Assembly (NCBI GenBank): GCA_965214775.1
Contig: OZ243974.1
Coordinates: forward strand, 1,056,001-1,120,000
Length of the DNA: 64,000 nucleotides
From: Nitrosopumilus sp.
GTDB lineage: Archaea > Thermoproteota > Nitrososphaeria > Nitrososphaerales > Nitrosopumilaceae
Direction: 5' to 3'
The notes under the pieces were generated by a model. It saw only the letters and a list, made by a program, of their open reading frames with translations. It was not told the origin of the DNA and searched no databases. Positions within the stretch are counted from its first letter, which is position 1; the number at the start of each line of letters is the position of its first letter. Positions 61,177 to 64,000 of this stretch are shown one piece after another. The translations under genes and the position numbers were made by a program.

Positions 61177-62418
61177 GTGCTCAAAATAGGAGAGTTCATC
61201 TATCCGTGGGGAAGTGGCCATTACTCGAGAATGATGAGGCTCAATGATGTCCTGGGAGACCATGTAAAAGGAGAATTTGAGGTCCATCTCTCAAGCAAGG
61301 ATCATGTTTATGAGAAATTACTGAAAAGATTTCCAGACAAAAAAGAAAAAATTCATGAGATTTTAATGCCGACTCCGGTTGATGGAAAGTTTGGCCCTAG
61401 CGTTTCAATGTCTTTGATGAATTTGCTGTTGCCGATTTCTAAAAATCAGCCGCTAGTAAGGCAGATTGCAAACTACTTGAGAGAAGAAAGAAAGCTCTAC
61501 AATGAGGAAAAATTTGATCTGGTTATAAATGACGGAGACATGGGATCAAACATTCTTGCAAAAAATCGGGGCATTCCCAGTTTGTTTGTTACAAATCAGT
61601 TCAAGCCAAAACTCCATAACACAAGATCGTACCTTTATCCGCCACTGGTTTTTATCGCAAAACAAATCGCAAAGGCATCAAAAATTTTGGTGGCAGATTC
61701 GCCACCGCCATACACAATGTGTCAATACAACCTGAATTTTATCGACGAGATAAATGACAAGGTAGTCTATGTGGGCCATTTCACAAATTCAGAAAAACCT
61801 GACAAAGATAGCACGTCAGATCTTCAAAGACTTATTCGGGATAATAATGGCGAGTTTGGATACTGGATGAGAACAGGAAACAGGTCGACAAACGACGGCA
61901 CGGGGCAAAGATATGAAAAAGTCTTTCATCAAAACGAAATGAAGAAAGAAAGGAGGATCATATCACATGCAAGAGACGATCCGGCAATTGACTCGGTAAC
62001 CGGGATGGACGGGAGGAAATACTCTGTATCAGAAGCCTTGGAGAGAAAAATTGATTGGATACAAATTGATATTGGCTTTCTTTCAGAGCAAGAAAAGGAT
62101 ACGGTTTTGGATTTGTGCAGATATGCCGTTGTAAATGGATCGCATACTGTAATGGGAGAGATCATGGGCGGAAAGTCAAAACCAATCATAGGACTTCCGG
62201 TTTATGACGAGCATACAAACAACATAAGATGGGCCGATGAGAAAAACTTGGGGGTTCTTGCTACAAAAACCAAGGAAGTAACAAGGGCAATTTCCAGAAT
62301 TAAGGGAAATTATGAGGAATTTGAGGGAAATTTGAAGGATTTCTCGAAAAATTTCATATCTGCAGGGGCAGAAAATTCAGCCAAAATCGCCGCAGCGGTT
62401 TTAGAAGAAAAGAGATAA
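61177..62418 (+). CDS. GT-B glycosyltransferase (GT28/MJ1255-like)
   Basis: GSGHYSR, DLVINDG, NGSHTVMGE. Confidence 0.78.
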   Translation: MLKIGEFIYPWGSGHYSRMMRLNDVLGDHVKGEFEVHLSSKDHVYEKLLKRFPDKKEKIHEILMPTPVDGKFGPSVSMSLMNLLLPISKNQPLVRQIANYLREERKLYNEEKFDLVINDGDMGSNILAKNRGIPSLFVTNQFKPKLHNTRSYLYPPLVFIAKQIAKASKILVADSPPPYTMCQYNLNFIDEINDKVVYVGHFTNSEKPDKDSTSDLQRLIRDNNGEFGYWMRTGNRSTNDGTGQRYEKVFHQNEMKKERRIISHARDDPAIDSVTGMDGRKYSVSEALERKIDWIQIDIGFLSEQEKDTVLDLCRYAVVNGSHTVMGEIMGGKSKPIIGLPVYDEHTNNIRWADEKNLGVLATKTKEVTRAISRIKGNYEEFEGNLKDFSKNFISAGAENSAKIAAAVLEEKR

Positions 62419-62573
62419 ATGTCATTTTTACAGTTTTTTACATCTGGCGCGCGGGATGTTCGATGGGCGAACGGACCGCAAGGGATGATGAAAAAATCCG
62501 CGTGTCAGACAAATATCGATCAATTTGGATTTTGGGAACGCTTTTATGGAAAAAATCAAGCCAAATCATCAGA

Positions 62574-62885
62574 GTGCCCAACTGTCCCGAATGTACAGCA
62601 AGAGAGAAAAAGAAGATTCAAGCAAAATATGAATCCGAAATAGCAGAGGAAGACAGAGACAAGCAGGAACTGTTCAAACTATTTGACGAAATTGACATCC
62701 CGATGAAGATGGACGAAAGAAATAGGCGGCATTTTGTCTGTAAAAGATGCGGTCTGTATGCAACCAGAGAGGAAGTTTCAGATATAAGATTCAGGCTGAA
62801 TCAAAAAGAAAAGACCAGGGAAGACAAGCATGATGATTACTTGAATTGGTGGTCAAAAAGCAAGAAAGAAAAAGCTGAAAACTAG
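62574..62885 (+). CDS. Zn-binding hypothetical protein
   Basis: CPEC..CKRCG; GTG 62574 start inferred. Confidence 0.65.
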   Translation: MPNCPECTAREKKKIQAKYESEIAEEDRDKQELFKLFDEIDIPMKMDERNRRHFVCKRCGLYATREEVSDIRFRLNQKEKTREDKHDDYLNWWSKSKKEKAEN

Positions 62886-62896
62886 AGTGATGAACC

Positions 62897-63289
62897 GTGG
62901 CAAAGAAGAAAGATGAGATTCCAGACTGGGTTTCTGAAGAGATTCAAAATGCAAAATTCAAAAAACCCGAAGAATTAAAGAAATCCGGATATATCTTGGA
63001 GTTTTATTGTAAAGATAACAAAATTGATGTTCAACTGTACGATCCGGTGGAAGACGGAAGGCATATCGTAACTATGGACGTTCCTAAAACCGTCAAAATG
63101 GATGATTTGCTAAAGGGCGAAGTTTATGAATTTGTATTTGATCAACACAAGGCCCCATTAAGCAAAAAGGCTTCAGAATTTTTAGCCAGAGAAAAAGAGA
63201 TTGAAATGGAGGCAATATACCGGTTTGAATTAAAGTCATTAGATCTGTTGGATGTAGGCTCTGACTCTGCAGATGAAGATGATGAATAA
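62897..63289 (+). CDS. Hypothetical protein
   Basis: 130 aa, co-oriented, acidic tail. Confidence 0.68.
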   Translation: MAKKKDEIPDWVSEEIQNAKFKKPEELKKSGYILEFYCKDNKIDVQLYDPVEDGRHIVTMDVPKTVKMDDLLKGEVYEFVFDQHKAPLSKKASEFLAREKEIEMEAIYRFELKSLDLLDVGSDSADEDDE

Positions 63290-63298
63290 CAACAACAG

Positions 63299-64000
63299 CT
63301 ATTTTCTGGAATAGCCTGGTTGGTTTTTGAATGATTTTCCCAAAACAGGGTTGATAAAAAATGGAAAAGTATGTTTTAGCCATACGGCAACCCTGGCAAT
63401 GGAGGGTACGGCAATCTCCAGTCTTGATGAGTTTGAAGCTCGTAAAATTGCCTTTGCAACAGTTTTTGGATCAAGTGAAGCCGGAGAATATTTTGGCATC
63501 ATTTCAAAAGAAGGATGATCAAAAAACTCGGTCCGTACCATGATGGGGCTGACGACAGTGATTCCCACTCCGGTGTCTTTGAGTTCGTGTTTGAGACCCT
63601 CTGAGAATCCCAGCACTGCAAACTTGGATGCACAGTATGAAGCAATTCCGGGCAGTCCAAAACTGGCAGCCAATGACGCAACGTTGACTATATGGCCAGA
63701 TTTTTTCTCCAGCATGGACGGTAGAAACGCCTTGATGCAGTATATCGTTCCAAAATAATTGGTGCCCATCTGAGATTCTATATCGTCAATTGAGAGTTCT
63801 GCTACAGAATCGTAAATTGCAAAGCCGGCATTATTAACCAAAATATCGACAGAAGAGAATTTTTCAAAGACAGCTTTTGACATCTCTGCGACATCTTCTC
63901 TGTTTGAAACATCGCAACTGCAAGCCACAGCCGTTATGTTGTTGAACTCTTTTAATCGATTTTCAACCTGTTTCAACCTTTCTTCGGTTCTGGCAACTAA
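63299..64000 (-). CDS. Short-chain dehydrogenase/reductase (5' end outside window)
   Basis: LVNNAG, NVAS, YCASK. Confidence 0.9.
   Translation of the reverse strand, partial: LVARTEERLKQVENRLKEFNNITAVACSCDVSNREDVAEMSKAVFEKFSSVDILVNNAGFAIYDSVAELSIDDIESQMGTNYFGTIYCIKAFLPSMLEKKSGHIVNVASLAASFGLPGIASYCASKFAVLGFSEGLKHELKDTGVGITVVSPIMVRTEFFDHPSFEMMPKYSPASLDPKTVAKAILRASNSSRLEIAVPSIARVAVWLKHTFPFFINPVLGKSFKNQPGYSRK

Noticed and set aside
1-64000. tRNA or rRNA genes, integrase-attached provirus
   Set aside because: No cloverleaf with T-loop motif, rRNA signature, tyrosine integrase or virion gene was recognised by eye; tRNAscan-SE would be decisive.

Overview
Chromosomal window from an ammonia-oxidising archaeon (Nitrosopumilaceae-like gene content: PolD small subunit, Cdc48/Hsp20, TFB, ESCRT-III CdvB paralog, QueE/FolE/QueC, AcnX mevalonate dehydratase, sat/cysH/cysC/cysQ). 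The backbone carries a very high load of mobile DNA, which suggests (inference) a host-associated lineage. It holds two near-identical ISH3-type elements with 5-bp TSDs, an IS630 element, an IS5/ISL2-type element, decayed ISH3, IS3, IS110 and probable TnpB remnants, and about 25 copies of at least eight MITE families, several with exact TSDs. The main findings are four. (1) The non-coding leader of the IS110 remnant (44605-44784, minus) folds by eye into a three-way junction with two guide-loop arms, one guide matching the element's probable end, so it is a candidate archaeal bridge/seek RNA. (2) Two toxin-antitoxin modules are each bracketed by MITE pairs with target duplications, one splitting an AAA+ ATPase gene with a cointegrate-like signature. 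(3) There is an AT-rich three-gene DUF4258-like / Zn-finger / duplicated-domain module. (4) There is a promoter-led structured RNA at 31104-31233. No CRISPR array, tRNA or rRNA was seen. All calls come from reading the sequence; no searches were run.
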